Positions 11,569-23,626 of a stretch of 64,000 bases of DNA are shown piece after piece. The notes below the pieces were generated by a model. The model was not told where the DNA came from and searched no databases. It saw nothing but the letters and a program-made list of their open reading frames with translations. Source of the DNA: Phoronis australis (lineage: Eukaryota > Animalia > Phoronida); assembly GCA_002633005.1 (NCBI GenBank), contig NMRA01000253.1:135251-199250 (forward strand), written 5' to 3'. The stretch's first letter is position 1; each line of letters starts with the position of its first letter. The position numbers and the translations under genes were made by a program.

Positions 11569-14367
11569 ATGGCTGCGGCAAGTGGACGTGTATTAATTTT
11601 GCTGGCGCTCTTCAGTTCAAATTGGTGGAATTTCTCTTCCGCTATCTGCTTGCAATGGAAAAACAAAGTGTTGTCCAAGGAGAAAACGTTACATTTCAAG
11701 GACACCTCTACTGTGAACTTCTTGAGATGTGGCATCCGCAAGATTGAGCGAAACGCGCTGACTCATTTATCTCAAGTGCAGTACCTTTACCTGGGACACA
11801 ACCGCGTGTCTAATGTCTCGGACAGACTTCTTTCGTCTTTAACCAAACTCGAAAAATTGGATTTTAGCTATAATGAAATACACACTTTGACAAGCCAAGC
11901 GTTAAGTGGTTTGTTCAACTTACTAACTCTGGATCTCACCGGTAATCGTTTGTCATTTCTTTTCCACAACATTTTTAAAGAAACGCCGTCCTTAAGAGTA
12001 TTGCTTTTAACTGATAACTCTGTCACTTCGTTGGATGTTAATTCTTTTGGACATAGCTTGAGCAATCTTGAAGTATTGCATATCGAAAACAACGATGTTT
12101 CTAGGATCGGAAATGGAACATTTGACGGGCTGAAAAAGTTAACACGTCTTGCACTCCAGAACAACCGCTTGGCCAGGGTGGACAACAATGTATTTAAAGG
12201 ACTGGAAAATTTGAGGTTGCTAATGTTGAGAAACAATTCAGTTAGCGAGGTTGATCAATTAGTGCTATCTGCGTTACAATTTGTAGATTTACGGCATAAT
12301 CGTTTACAGGTAGTTGAAGGCTCATATGTTCTTTCGAACCAAGTTATCTCCATTGACATGTCTTTCAACAATATTTCAAAAATTGAAAATGGATCACTTT
12401 GTTCCTATTCCTTAGTTGAAAAGCTTGTGCTGTCAGGAAACTGGCTTCCACTGGTTAATAAAAACTCGTTTTCGTGTCTGCAATCAATTAAAATTCTGTA
12501 CCTAACAGGGAACAGGATAGCGAAAATAGAAGAAAAGTCGTTTTCTCAACTGAGAAATCTTCGAAAGTTATTTCTTGCAAATAACCGAATTACAGTTTTG
12601 ACGCGTGGAATGTTTCGTGGTCTTATTAAATTGGATACCTTGATTCTAAGCTTCAACGACATACATTCCCTTGGAGATCGACCTTTTGATGGTTTAGCAA
12701 GTTTACGATTTCTTCACCTCAGAGGGAATAAAATTTCAGCAATAACCTCTCGCGATTTTGATGGTCCCAAAAGTCCAATGTTGTTGGAAATGAGAGGAAA
12801 TCCAGTTGGCGAGATGAAAATAGTCTCTCCGTTTAAGTTTACCGCAATACGTATATCCGTCACTAATGTCAACGTTACGTTAAACGCGTCACTTCTCACT
12901 GACATTAAAACATTCGAGCTGCAGGGAGATTTTGGGCAGCTTTCCGTTTGGCACACATTTATTGGTAATTTTGGAGATGTTGTTGATTTGGATCTATCGG
13001 GGAGCAATATATCTGATTTGAATGGTCAACCATTTAAACTTTGTCGTCGGCTGAAATTCCTAGATCTTGCTAGAAACCTCATAAAACACATATCTGGTCA
13101 CACGCTTGAAGGACTTGAATCTTTGATTACATTAAATCTTGCACTCAACAAGATTATTTCGATTACAGAAAATGCTTTTGATAAATTAACGTCACTTAAA
13201 CGGTTACATTTAGAAGGAAATGGGATGATTCGTGTGAGTGCCAGCACATTGCCACGAAACGTTATGGAATTTCATATGGACGACAATAATATTAAAAATT
13301 TTGCCACTGCCAAAATGACCAAGGTTTTGTATCTGACCTTAAGTGGTAACAATTTTGGTTCTGTAAGGAGCAAAATGCTTTCAGGAATGCCCAATCTTCA
13401 GACCTTAAACATGTCGTACGCAAACATTGACTGTATAGATAAAGATGCCTTTGACAATATGACTTCTCTGTGGGAACTTGATCTTTCTGGAAATAGACTT
13501 CGAATAATAAGTCGCAACATGTTTAATTACCTTGCATCGTTGGAATTCCTTGAACTGGATAACTGTGGCATTGCAGAAATTGAGGAAGGGGCCGTGAAAC
13601 ACCTGACGGAATTGAATACTTTGTCTGTTCGCAATAACAGTATTAAAGTTGTGCCACACGATATATTGCGAAAGTTGATCAGCCGAGGAAAACGCTTACG
13701 TAATCTCTTTGTGTCGAACAACCCACTTCACTGCAACTGCTTCATCTATCCATTGCAGGCATGGGTCTATCGGTTGAGCCTACTTCTCAAAGGTCCAAAC
13801 AACAAGTATGACACCCCTACATGTAATTCTCCCTCTAAAACTCAACCAACCATAGAATCGTTTGCGTCTCCCATTTTTACTTGTCGCAAGCCAAGTTATC
13901 CAGTAATTGAAGTCACGTATGACGCCATTGGGGTACTAATCCAATGTACATCTTACGGAGATCCGTCTCCAGTTATAGTGCTCCAAGACGCTAGAGGAAA
14001 CGATGTGAATTGTTCTTTTCGACAGAATATTACAGAATCTAAAACAGTCGGACTCTCGAGTATACCGGTAGATAGATTTGTTGGTGGGAATTACACCTGT
14101 GTAGCTAAAAACATCATGGGGTGGTCGTCAAATGCAAAGTTGATAAAAGACCCCAAGAAAAGCGAGGAAAGAGAGAACAACGTAACTGATGAAAATGGCG
14201 TACCTATCGAGGTATACCTAATAGGAGGTGGCGCCGCTGCTGTTGTGGCTTGTGCGGTCGCTGTAGGCGTCATTTTGGGGGTAAAGATCGTGGGCAATTA
14301 CAACGACCAATCCGAACCTTCTACCATTGGTGTCACGACAAACCAGAGTGGAGACACTCGAATATAA
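11569..14367 (+). CDS. Intronless LRR + Ig-like type I transmembrane protein (LIG class), 932 aa
   Basis: First ATG at 11569, then a hydrophobic signal peptide (VLILLALFSS). About 25 LxxLxLxxNxI repeats, an LRRCT (NNPLHCNC...PTC...FTC) and an Ig-like domain (CTSYGDPSP...GNYTCVAKN). TM helix VYLIGGGAAAVVACAVAVGVILGV, then a tail of about 25 aa ending DTRI. No TIR domain. Confidence 0.92.
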   Translation: MAAASGRVLILLALFSSNWWNFSSAICLQWKNKVLSKEKTLHFKDTSTVNFLRCGIRKIERNALTHLSQVQYLYLGHNRVSNVSDRLLSSLTKLEKLDFSYNEIHTLTSQALSGLFNLLTLDLTGNRLSFLFHNIFKETPSLRVLLLTDNSVTSLDVNSFGHSLSNLEVLHIENNDVSRIGNGTFDGLKKLTRLALQNNRLARVDNNVFKGLENLRLLMLRNNSVSEVDQLVLSALQFVDLRHNRLQVVEGSYVLSNQVISIDMSFNNISKIENGSLCSYSLVEKLVLSGNWLPLVNKNSFSCLQSIKILYLTGNRIAKIEEKSFSQLRNLRKLFLANNRITVLTRGMFRGLIKLDTLILSFNDIHSLGDRPFDGLASLRFLHLRGNKISAITSRDFDGPKSPMLLEMRGNPVGEMKIVSPFKFTAIRISVTNVNVTLNASLLTDIKTFELQGDFGQLSVWHTFIGNFGDVVDLDLSGSNISDLNGQPFKLCRRLKFLDLARNLIKHISGHTLEGLESLITLNLALNKIISITENAFDKLTSLKRLHLEGNGMIRVSASTLPRNVMEFHMDDNNIKNFATAKMTKVLYLTLSGNNFGSVRSKMLSGMPNLQTLNMSYANIDCIDKDAFDNMTSLWELDLSGNRLRIISRNMFNYLASLEFLELDNCGIAEIEEGAVKHLTELNTLSVRNNSIKVVPHDILRKLISRGKRLRNLFVSNNPLHCNCFIYPLQAWVYRLSLLLKGPNNKYDTPTCNSPSKTQPTIESFASPIFTCRKPSYPVIEVTYDAIGVLIQCTSYGDPSPVIVLQDARGNDVNCSFRQNITESKTVGLSSIPVDRFVGGNYTCVAKNIMGWSSNAKLIKDPKKSEERENNVTDENGVPIEVYLIGGGAAAVVACAVAVGVILGVKIVGNYNDQSEPSTIGVTTNQSGDTRI

Positions 14368-14512
14368 GACTTCTGGCTTTAATATGATGCCCAACTAGTA
14401 CATTTTGGAAACTCCTAAAGATACTATGGTTTGAAAGTTTGTTGGTAAGGAATATAGGGTTGTCTTACGAAAATTCCCTTTGGCCTTTGTTATGGGATAG
14501 ATGCTATTTATC

Positions 14513-14518
14513 AATAAA
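14513..14518 (+). terminator. Candidate polyadenylation signal of the LRR-Ig gene
   Basis: AATAAA about 145 nt after the stop codon. Confidence 0.4.
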
Positions 14519-15174
14519 ACTAAAAACGTGTTGGCAGTTAGGACTCGGGAATAGTTTGTACAAGGGAATTTTGTTTAATTTGACGTCGCATAAAAACTCA
14601 GTCCGTGTCTATTACCGCGTCCGTAAACGCATAGGCGTCTCTGCAGAATTGTGTTTATATGCAAAACTTGGGCGTCATCACTAGTATGGTACCCAATTGG
14701 TTAAAGAAAAATTGCGAAAAAGTCATTTTTTCAGATCTTAAAGTAATATAAAATGATGGCATACCCCTTACAGCACTAATTCCAACAACTCAGTAGCAAG
14801 TTTGCTGCACAAGAGTCAAGAAAATGTCGCTTTTGATACGTGACGGCTAAAAAGTCGACAAAATGTCTTTTGTTATTTTGATACACAATATGTAGAGCCT
14901 GTATATAGACTGCATGGTGTAGACCGACTGCGGTCCTAACACTAAGTCACTATTAAGAGCCACTTAACGGGTACTCCGGCACTGAAAGTAGAAAAAAGCA
15001 GCTTTGTTATGCCTCGTGCTTCTTCTTACTTTTGTAAAAAATTCAGTACAGGAGGTTTTACTTGTGAATGATATCATATTACGTATTTGACGGAAAAGGT
15101 TGGGTTTTTTAGGTGTAGTTTTGCAAATGTTACTTTGGTGAAATGCACATATAATTTCGTGGTTTTGATGCATG

Positions 15175-15320
15175 CAATTTATTGTGGAAATAATTTTGTG
15201 ATTGTAGGTTCTGTTGATGTTCTTTCTGTGTAAGTAACTTTGTGGATGTAATTTTATGAATGTAATTTATTGGGGAAGAAAATTTGTAGATAGAATTATG
15301 GATGTAATTTCTTTTGCATG
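15175..15320. repeat. Degenerate tandem repeat of about 14 bp (TAATTTTGTGGATG-like)
   Basis: Repeated variants TAATTTTGTGATTG, TAACTTTGTGGATG, TAATTTTATGAATG, GAATTATGGATG. Confidence 0.45.
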
Positions 15321-18300
15321 TAGTAACCTACTACTGTACATTCCAGTGGTTGCATTTCTTTAATTATTTACTGAAGTATCATGTACAAACTCTGTCTTTC
15401 TAAAATCCTTGTTGAGAATGAAAAATATGTGAACGAAAATTGCCCCCAACAATTTACAGTCTCGTGAATACTTCATTTTATTTGCCACACTACCTAGAAT
15501 GAAATGTTCACTGAAAGGAACACTACTGGTGAAAAATTATCTTTTTACTGCGGAAGCAAGCCGTGTTGCTCCATAGTTGGGGCCTGACCCTCTGCCGAAG
15601 AGGCAAACCCCGTACAACAAATATCGTATATTTTTAAAAGGATGTTTAAACGGTAACGGCACTAGTCGTGATTTCATCGAATGTCTGGAAAAACGGCGCG
15701 AATTGTCACTTTGCATTAAAATAAAAATACACCATGCACTTTTTGTCTTATACATGTAGCTCTGATGAAAGCAAGTGACTCAAGAAGTCCATTCAGCAAT
15801 ACAGTCGAAATGGGATTCACATAGCTGGTTCTGATCGCTACAGAGAATAATTTGAGACATGGGCTCACCTATTAGAAATAAAATGTCTAGCGTTTTTTTT
15901 TTTTTAAAGCTGCACAAAAACAAAATCTGAATGATATCACTTTTAAATGTATCAGTAAGAAATTCATTTTTACTAACTAATGTGCTTTGTATTATTAAAT
16001 GTATTCCCGTTTAATTCTGTTCGATTGGCTTTTGCTTTTTATTTTTCCTATTTGTGTCATTGCAAATTATTTTATTTTGCTTAAATATGTTATGGATAGA
16101 TATACAAATACTCCTGGATAAAATTCATTTCCTGAGCTAAATTTCTGTGCTATTTACGTATTGTCTTATACTTGTGTTCCAATAAAAAGATGAGCCTATG
16201 TAATGACCTTGCCACAGTTAATCATAAGGTTACATAATATATCTCCACCCTTAGTTGAATTTTCTGTTTGATATTTGGAGTAATTATGTATCATGTCCTT
16301 TTGACAATGTCGTCGCAACTTGGATAATTACTCAAAACTTAGTTACGCCAAACGGCACCGAAGGTCTTATAAATACAAGAAAATTAATAATTTTGGATGA
16401 ATGCCGACTGCATTAGTCACAGCAACTGTCAGCGGTCCTTATTGTGAAGTGTGCAGTCATCTTTTGTATCATTCAAACTAGATCCTATTGATTTAACTAG
16501 TCATCTGTAAAATGACTACCTGTCTAGATGGCTTATTTTCACAATGATTGACACTACTAGTTATCTAGTTCAGTAATAAGATAATTAATCTGCTGCCATG
16601 CCCATTATTGTACCATGACATGTCCTTTGCTCAATTTTCAACTGCTGGTTGATGACTTTTGGTAATTGGCCCATTGACTTGCATGCCCAGCAAAATTAAT
16701 TAAGCAACTCACTGGCTGTTACTAACTTTCTACGACAGTTCTTGTCCGATTGTCATAATTAAAAAGCCTAGCAACATGTGCGAAACATTTGCGCCATTAA
16801 AAACTTTCTCTGTGAACATTCAAACAGATCTTAATGCAGTCTTCACTGTTTACAACAATGTTTATAAAGGACTATCTTTCCGTGTGGTTACTCAAGTCAA
16901 TCTTCTCAGTTCTATAGCTGAAGCTGGCCGGTGTCTTTCAAGATAACTGCGGGTTTTAGGGTTAGCAAATCGATCGAGTTTCTCAAACTCTTTCTTTCTC
17001 TTTGAGAATGTCAAGGTAAAAGTCTTCAAAATGATAACTATGGGTTTCATTATTACACCCTTTATTATGTTTTCCACTTTCGGTAACTCTACTCTTTTTT
17101 CGGAATTAACCTCTCAGATGTGCAAAGTAAAAGCTATGTAGAGAAAAAATGTTTATCTTTTGTTTCTAGTATTATCATGTACAATCAACGGCTCATCAAG
17201 AGATTCCTGTCGACTTGAGCTTGAGCAATTCTATTGAAAAACAGCGGAGTTACAATTAAGTCATTGTGGCATTAAAGAAAGAGACACTATTCTCATTCGC
17301 GTAGTACTGAAAAATGCTTCGGTTATTATTACTCCTGGGTACATGTTTGTGGTCTCACGTTAGAGCTCAGGTGGAGCTTGTTCAAGTGGATACGCTTTAA
17401 TCTACTACAACTTTATCGAACTTGAAGGCCTGGGGCCCATACCAGAAAACATCAAATTACATAAAAGTACAAAGGGGCTTGCATTGCTGAAATATACGTA
17501 TACAATTCACCATTTATACTCATAATATAATTGGTGGTTCACAGAACCGCAGGTAGTGCAGGTACTTAGATAGATTGACCAATAGTGACAAGACTTGTAT
17601 TAAGCTAATGCAGAAAATGAGCACTTTGTAAATGCGAGAATAAATTTACATGAATCTCGTAAATTCTTATATCAAGTGCAGTTTGTAATAAAATGGAAGT
17701 CGTCCTTAATTACAAAAATTCTAAACTTTTGAAACACTACACACTATCTCAATTCCCTTACAGTTTTACGCCTGCCTCCCTGCTTTAATTTCTAAACAAT
17801 GAATGTCTTTAACCCTTGCCGTTGCCAAGATTCCATGAGAATATTCCGCAAGATGGCTCTGTTGTACAATTTCTTCTGTACACAGTAGCAAGTCTTCTAG
17901 CTTCAACTACTATAGGTCATAAGAGTATTCTGTTAATTTCAGCCCACATTATAGAGACTAGACATCAGAAGGAATAGCACATCTCCCCCCAATGAATTAG
18001 TGAAATTTACATACAGTGCGTTTCCACGTAACATCGCGCGTGCTAATCGGTGCAGATATGTTGCTGGATTTCCCGTCAGACGTTATTTCCACATTCCACG
18101 TCGCTTTATTAAAGTAAATTTACATCTCGTGTGACAAAACTTTGTTCCAAGTTCTACACGCCAACTTACTGTGCAACAATTTACACCATAGCGTAAGGAC
18201 CCAAAAAGCATATTTGGTAGGGGTCATCTGCACTCGATTCATTTTAAATGGCACGCCTCCAAGCTGGCATCAGGTGGCGCTGGGTAAACCGTAAAAACGA

Positions 18301-18650
18301 CGAATACGCACCCCTTTTCTGCAAGCGACATATTATTGCTGAAATACATTAATAGACAACCAGTAAATGCAGTACCAAACTATGACCAATAATACTATAT
18401 TATCTCATTTAGCCGCACAGTCGAATTCAGTCAACTAAACTATAGATTAAAAACATTTCTTTTACGTAAAACACTCGTACGATTTTCGTTTTCAACAAGA
18501 GTGAAATTTCGAAAACTGCCTAGTCAAAGACCCACATCTTGTTTCTGCATTCATTTCCAAAATGACCTAGTACACCGAGTGTGTTCATCAAAGAGCCGGC
18601 CAGTGTTTTTCCTCAAAGCAACAAATTGCTTTGACAACATGAGGGTTTAN

Positions 18651-19075
18651 CCATGGTAATGACCGAACTGGCCGGAAAACCCCGGCAGCCGACCTCCACA
18701 GGAAAACTCCAACATCTCCAGCCGTTAACATGACAATCATTCCTAAGGTCTGCGTACTTCAAGTTCTTTCGCTCGTGTGCCTCTTCCACCCTACTCTCCC
18801 ACGGGATAGTGAGCTCAATTAAGATGACGAAAACGAGTGCACCTGGAAAACAAATCTTTTAGCTATCGACCTTACCCGCCATACCAGATGTGTAAGGGTA
18901 GTTCGATGAGGGACGGTCTTACTGGTGGTCTGTTTCTTTCTGAAAAGAACACCAACAGCTTTGCATACATGTAGTTAAGATTGTTTGTTTGAACAATTGC
19001 TTTTAAGATTTTATCATAGGTTCTACCAATTCTACGCCATCTGAACATGACCATTTTAAAACTCTCTTAGACAAC
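18651..19075 (-). mobile_element. Dead fragment of an RLE-type non-LTR retrotransposon (HERO/R2 superfamily), endonuclease region
   Basis: The minus strand 18822-18651 reads LIELTIPWESRVEEAHERKNLKYADLRNDCHVNGWRCWSFPVEVGCRGFPASSV, the hallmark ELTVPWE..EEAHERK..KY...PVEVGCRGF of restriction-like endonucleases. Upstream remnants are FRWR..DKILKAIV and KVD*..FP. It carries a stop codon and lacks the RPD segment, and is cut by the N at 18650. Confidence 0.85.
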
Positions 19076-20758
19076 TTGATTAACAGCCTTTCAAGCCAAC
19101 AAAAGCCATAGGCCCCTTCCACTGAGATAAGTATAAAACGCGACATTCGGGGCAATCACCACTTCACACCCGTGATCCGCCCTTTGTGAAAGATTTAATC
19201 TTCTATTATTCAGTTGTCATTGGGGCATGCAGCGCAAATTAACTTCGGGCTTGATTAACAGCAAACAACAACGTTAAGTTCAGAACCAATCAACTGATCA
19301 TTGAGTACTCATTAAGTCTTGTTCGCGCGACTATGGAGAAATCTACGCATGATGACTAAGTTTACGAACATCAAGAAAAATACTCAATAAGCCGATTTCT
19401 TGGAGCGCGAGCTACAAGATATCGATATCCGTTACGAGAGGGCCCTGAAAAGTGGAAGTGACTTGTCTGGAACAGTTTCACCGGGATATCAGTAATAAAA
19501 ACGCATGGGCAGCGCGTTTTGTTTTGGCAACACGATAAAGGAAAAGTTTACTTGTCTTTATTCCATCTTCGCCGTAAAATTTCCTGACATCCCTCTCTTG
19601 AATGGGTAACCCATTCAGAAACATAGAGTAACCGTTTTATTAAGGACTACCAACAAGTTTCAAGAGAAACTGTTCACCTCTTTTCTATCAGTGACCCTAA
19701 AACGCTGAAAATTTACTTGTGACCAAACACATTTCCACGGTTTTCTAGATTCTTACTTGAAATATATTCCCACTTTCTGTCGAAGCTAGAGAGACGGCTT
19801 TGGGGCATTGGCGGTCTAGAAATCTGAGTGTGTGTTTTAAGAGACCGAACGAGGCACATTTACGCTGATATGTGTATTTAAGACTCACCATACATTTGAA
19901 TCAACACGTTCACAGATCATGCAATTAGTCTTTAGTACTCTACAGTTTAAAATTTAGTACGCTACATTTACTGTGCAACTATACATGTACGCACGCATTT
20001 AGACCTATATTCCTATACAGTGTATAGTCTATGTAAACACGCGCCTCTGTCTGCAATTAGGCCCGCACGCCTCTATATGAGTAAATGCGTGGAACGAAAA
20101 TTCCCCACAATTTTCTTTTGAGGAGTACATTACTTATCCTTTACAAATTGATGGTCGTTGATGAGTATTCACTGAATTTAACACCTGTTGAAAACGGACA
20201 AACACACCACGCGATAAACACACACTTTAAGACGAGCCATTCACAAGAAATAGACACCTGCGCGTGTAATTGAAGTTACGGAGCAATCAAATGTATAAAA
20301 AATAGTTGATCCAAAATGTTCTGAAAAGCGCACATAGGCGCTTTTTGCCAAATACGTGCATATACCAAAAAATACTTTCTTGTACCCCAAAAATCTGAAT
20401 TTTACTTCGTGAAACAAATTTTAGCGCAAACTAATATATCAAAACCTATATCGAAGAATTTTCAACATGACATACTACCAGAATTTATTAATATAGTTAT
20501 CTAAATCGTCCGCTCTAACGAAACATGAAAGTTTTATCACCAACGATCTGCATTCAAATTGTCAAAACTTATTCCTACGCCTTTTCACTTCAAAACATTT
20601 TAAAAACTAAGCAGGATTATATTATGACATGTTAAGATGAACTGTGTTTCTCAAAAATATTGGTGGTTGTGCAGGGTATCAAACACCGAAAGTTTCACTT
20701 TCGATCCAGCACCATCTCGAAAATACGAAAACATCCGGAATTCCTCCAGTCATTTGAT

Positions 20759-20920
20759 GGTTCGAGTCCCACTAGGCCACACTGCTCTTCAGCTCGGTTT
20801 TAACCATAATATGTTAATCAAGCATAAAAATGGTTCCAGTTGATCAGTGCAATGGGCCCACATGCGAGGCCTGCGCACGTCTGGTACAACGTGAATCAGA
20901 CCGCCTTTAATTAAAAAAAA
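20759..20920 (+). mobile_element. tRNA-derived SINE, 5'-truncated copy with A-rich tail
   Basis: B box GGTTCGAGTCC (20759-20769). The body CAGCTCGGTTTTAACCATA...AAGCATAAAAATGGTTC...GATCAGTGCAA...GGCCTGCGCACGTCTGG matches the reverse complement of 55242-55479. Ends TTTAATTAAAAAAAA. Confidence 0.8.
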
Positions 20921-21550
20921 TCAATAGATGGCGCCATAGATTATAGACAACAGATTCGCAACTCAGAACTTGCGAAATATCCTATAGGAGGCGCCACCCT
21001 CTAAGCATAGCAAGCTCAGCTTCCGGTTAGTGTATATTGACGGGAAATTCTTTCATCTATTTTACTGTCTGGCAAAACGAAAAAAAAAATATCTCAGCAT
21101 TGAAACTTTGTTCAAGTTCTTCCAACAGTAAGAGTCCAGAAATTCTGAGCAGCACCAGCATGCATTCGAGCTTAAAGATGAAACGCCAAGTAAACTGCTG
21201 TTGAAGTGCGAGATTTGAGTAAGCCTGGTGGTTATTTCTGGAGTATTAATATGAGCTTTATTTGAGAAGGCAATGTTTTACGAGAGTTCAATTTATTTAA
21301 ACACGGATGTGAGATGGGCAAAATCGCCGATCCAATTCCCGACGAAACGACCATGATTGCCAGGTGCCGCTAGTGAATAATGACGTCACGGCTTACGCGT
21401 AAGATCACATATTCGTCCATTGAAAATATACGGAGCTGGCGGTCCATGTACTATAATTTATGATGGTGCTGACTACGCTGGGCAGATTTACCTCGTAAGT
21501 CAAGAATAGCGTTATATCTTACCTAGATCTGGGTAGAGTTCCGTGCACGT

Positions 21551-21630
21551 AAGAATCTCGTTATGATAACTAGTGTTATCACGTGTTTCGCTTACAATGC
21601 ATGGCGATATCTCACGAAGCATTGCATTGC
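21551..21630 (+). repeat. Short dispersed palindromic repeat, copy A
   Basis: Core TAGTGTTATCACGTGTTTCGCTTACAATGCATGG shared with 42922-43032 and 44533-44615. Confidence 0.65.
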
Positions 21631-23399
21631 CTTGCGACAACTCTAGTCATCCCTAGGCAATTACATCGCCCTGGATGCCGAAGACAAAAGTTACGAATTT
21701 CAAAATACAGAAAATAAAATCAAATGAAACATGCATATACATGTATGCACATGGAGTTATAATTAGTACGTACATGTACCATAAGTCTAGTGGAGACGAT
21801 TCATTCAAGATAATTTAAAGAAATCGGTGAAAATCTGTCGTGGTTTGTTCGAGTTTCTCTTACCGGGTGCCATTTGGAGAAAGTTACTGAAATCATGCAT
21901 GTTGACAAATAAAAAGTTCAAGGGACACAAACCTCACAAATTTCACCTGATACCTTCCCATGCTATTTTGCAAGTGTCACGCGCCAGCGTCACGTGCTTG
22001 GCTCAGTCTCGCGGTAGCCTTTGCCCAACTCACTAGACTCGGTCGAAATACTTTGAAGTTATCGCACGCGTGGTGAAAAAGTTAACGGTGACCAAAAAGT
22101 GGAGTTCTTTGCCAAAGTCACAGTTATTTTTCGTAACTAAGCTTCGTCGAAGATACGCGTAGAAGTAAGAAAGGACCACTGAAGAATGTAAGCGCTTTTT
22201 AAGTGATAGTTTTAAGCGTGGAATGTGCTTTTGACGAGGTGAACATTTCTAATCAGTGGCCGGATTTGACCAACCGCCCGTTTAAAATACACCGGACAAA
22301 ATTCGTACAGAAAGCGATGGTGAGTATTGTAGCTCCTAACCGGTCAACCGTGTTGCCCAAAGTCATCCTCAGCCCCATTGTGCTTTAAGGTAAAGTCATC
22401 AGGTATCGCTGTTCCTTTTCCCGTGGTTTATGGTATAACAAGAGATGGCGAAGAGTTTCGTATGTGTTGGTTGCGGCAATTTATTATTTCTGTGACCATG
22501 CTGTGACTCTTTTCAGTTTTCTGTCGGACATCGGAGAAGCGCAGACATGACACGAGTTTGTACAAGAACCTCGCTAGTTGGGGGATATGACACACTGGCC
22601 CTGGGTACGTCAATACGTTACGCTCATGTCCGTAGAGCTAAGAAAGTTTCAATTGTCTTCGCTTTTCTTCTATTTTCTCGTTTTGGGGATACTGAATTCA
22701 CGATTATGATATACAGCGGTGTTATAAAGCAAGGTTTAATGATACTGAGAATGCAGTCACTTGTCAAAACAAGCGGGTAAATGGTGCTTTTAAGCAATTT
22801 AAGTCTTTAACTATTGCCGGGGACTTTGTGACACAACGGTTAAGGAAGCTATAAATAGTCGCAGTTGATAAAATATTAAAGTAATTAAGATATTCTAAAC
22901 GGTGACGACTTTCGATATATTTTCTTGTATGTTTAAACAATCCTCCATTCGCCAATTAATGCATAAACGTTTTTTACGAGCTCGTGGCCTACTGTATAAG
23001 GAGTGGACTATTGGGTCTAGAGACTTGAAAAAACACTTCATGAACAATGTTTTTGGAATGAAGTTGAATCCAACTATGTGTGAAGTTTTCATGAAAAGCA
23101 TGACCAGAGGCTAAAACTGCACCAATAGCTTGAAAGAAGAAACTGACTACAACGTGAGTAAATATCAAGGGGAGATAACAAACAACTTATCTATTTCGCT
23201 GTCTGCATTGGCACATACGTTTGGAAATGATAGTGCCTAATTAGAGTTACCGGGTCGTGGAACCCGCTAAAGTGAGCAGTGGTATGTCAACAGCCACGGT
23301 GATCATCAAAATCACTAGGACATAACATAGAAAAATTCAAGGGTGTCTAATGTGTCTATATTTAGTTTGTTATGGGACATTAACCAGTCAAGGACACAG

Positions 23400-23626
23400 T
23401 TTTTAAACATCGTTGCAGATCAAGGGCAAATATGTCATTTGTTCAGATGAGCAGTCTAATGTGTTCGCATCATAGACTATTGTATTTTAGTGAAACGCGT
23501 GTAGGTGCTTTTTAAACATCGCTGCAAATCAAGGACAAATATGTCATTAGTTCAGATGAGCTGTCTAAAGTGTTGGTTTGCAGCATAGGCTGTTGTTTTT
23601 CAGTGAAACGCATGTACATGTAGGTG
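23400..23626. repeat. Old tandem duplication, unit about 109 bp, two copies
   Basis: TTTTTAAACATCG(T/C)TGCA(G/A)ATCAAGG..AAATATGTCATT.GTTCAGATGAGC.GTCTAA at 23400 and 23509, both ending GTAGGTG. Confidence 0.85.

Noticed and set aside
11868-14297. Minus-strand ORFs overlapping the LRR gene (and similar antisense ORFs over the AJM1 exons)
   Set aside because: Antisense shadows of real coding sequence with no domain features.
16892-17110. Minus-strand 61-aa ORF with coding-like composition
   Set aside because: No recognisable homology, start or splice context.
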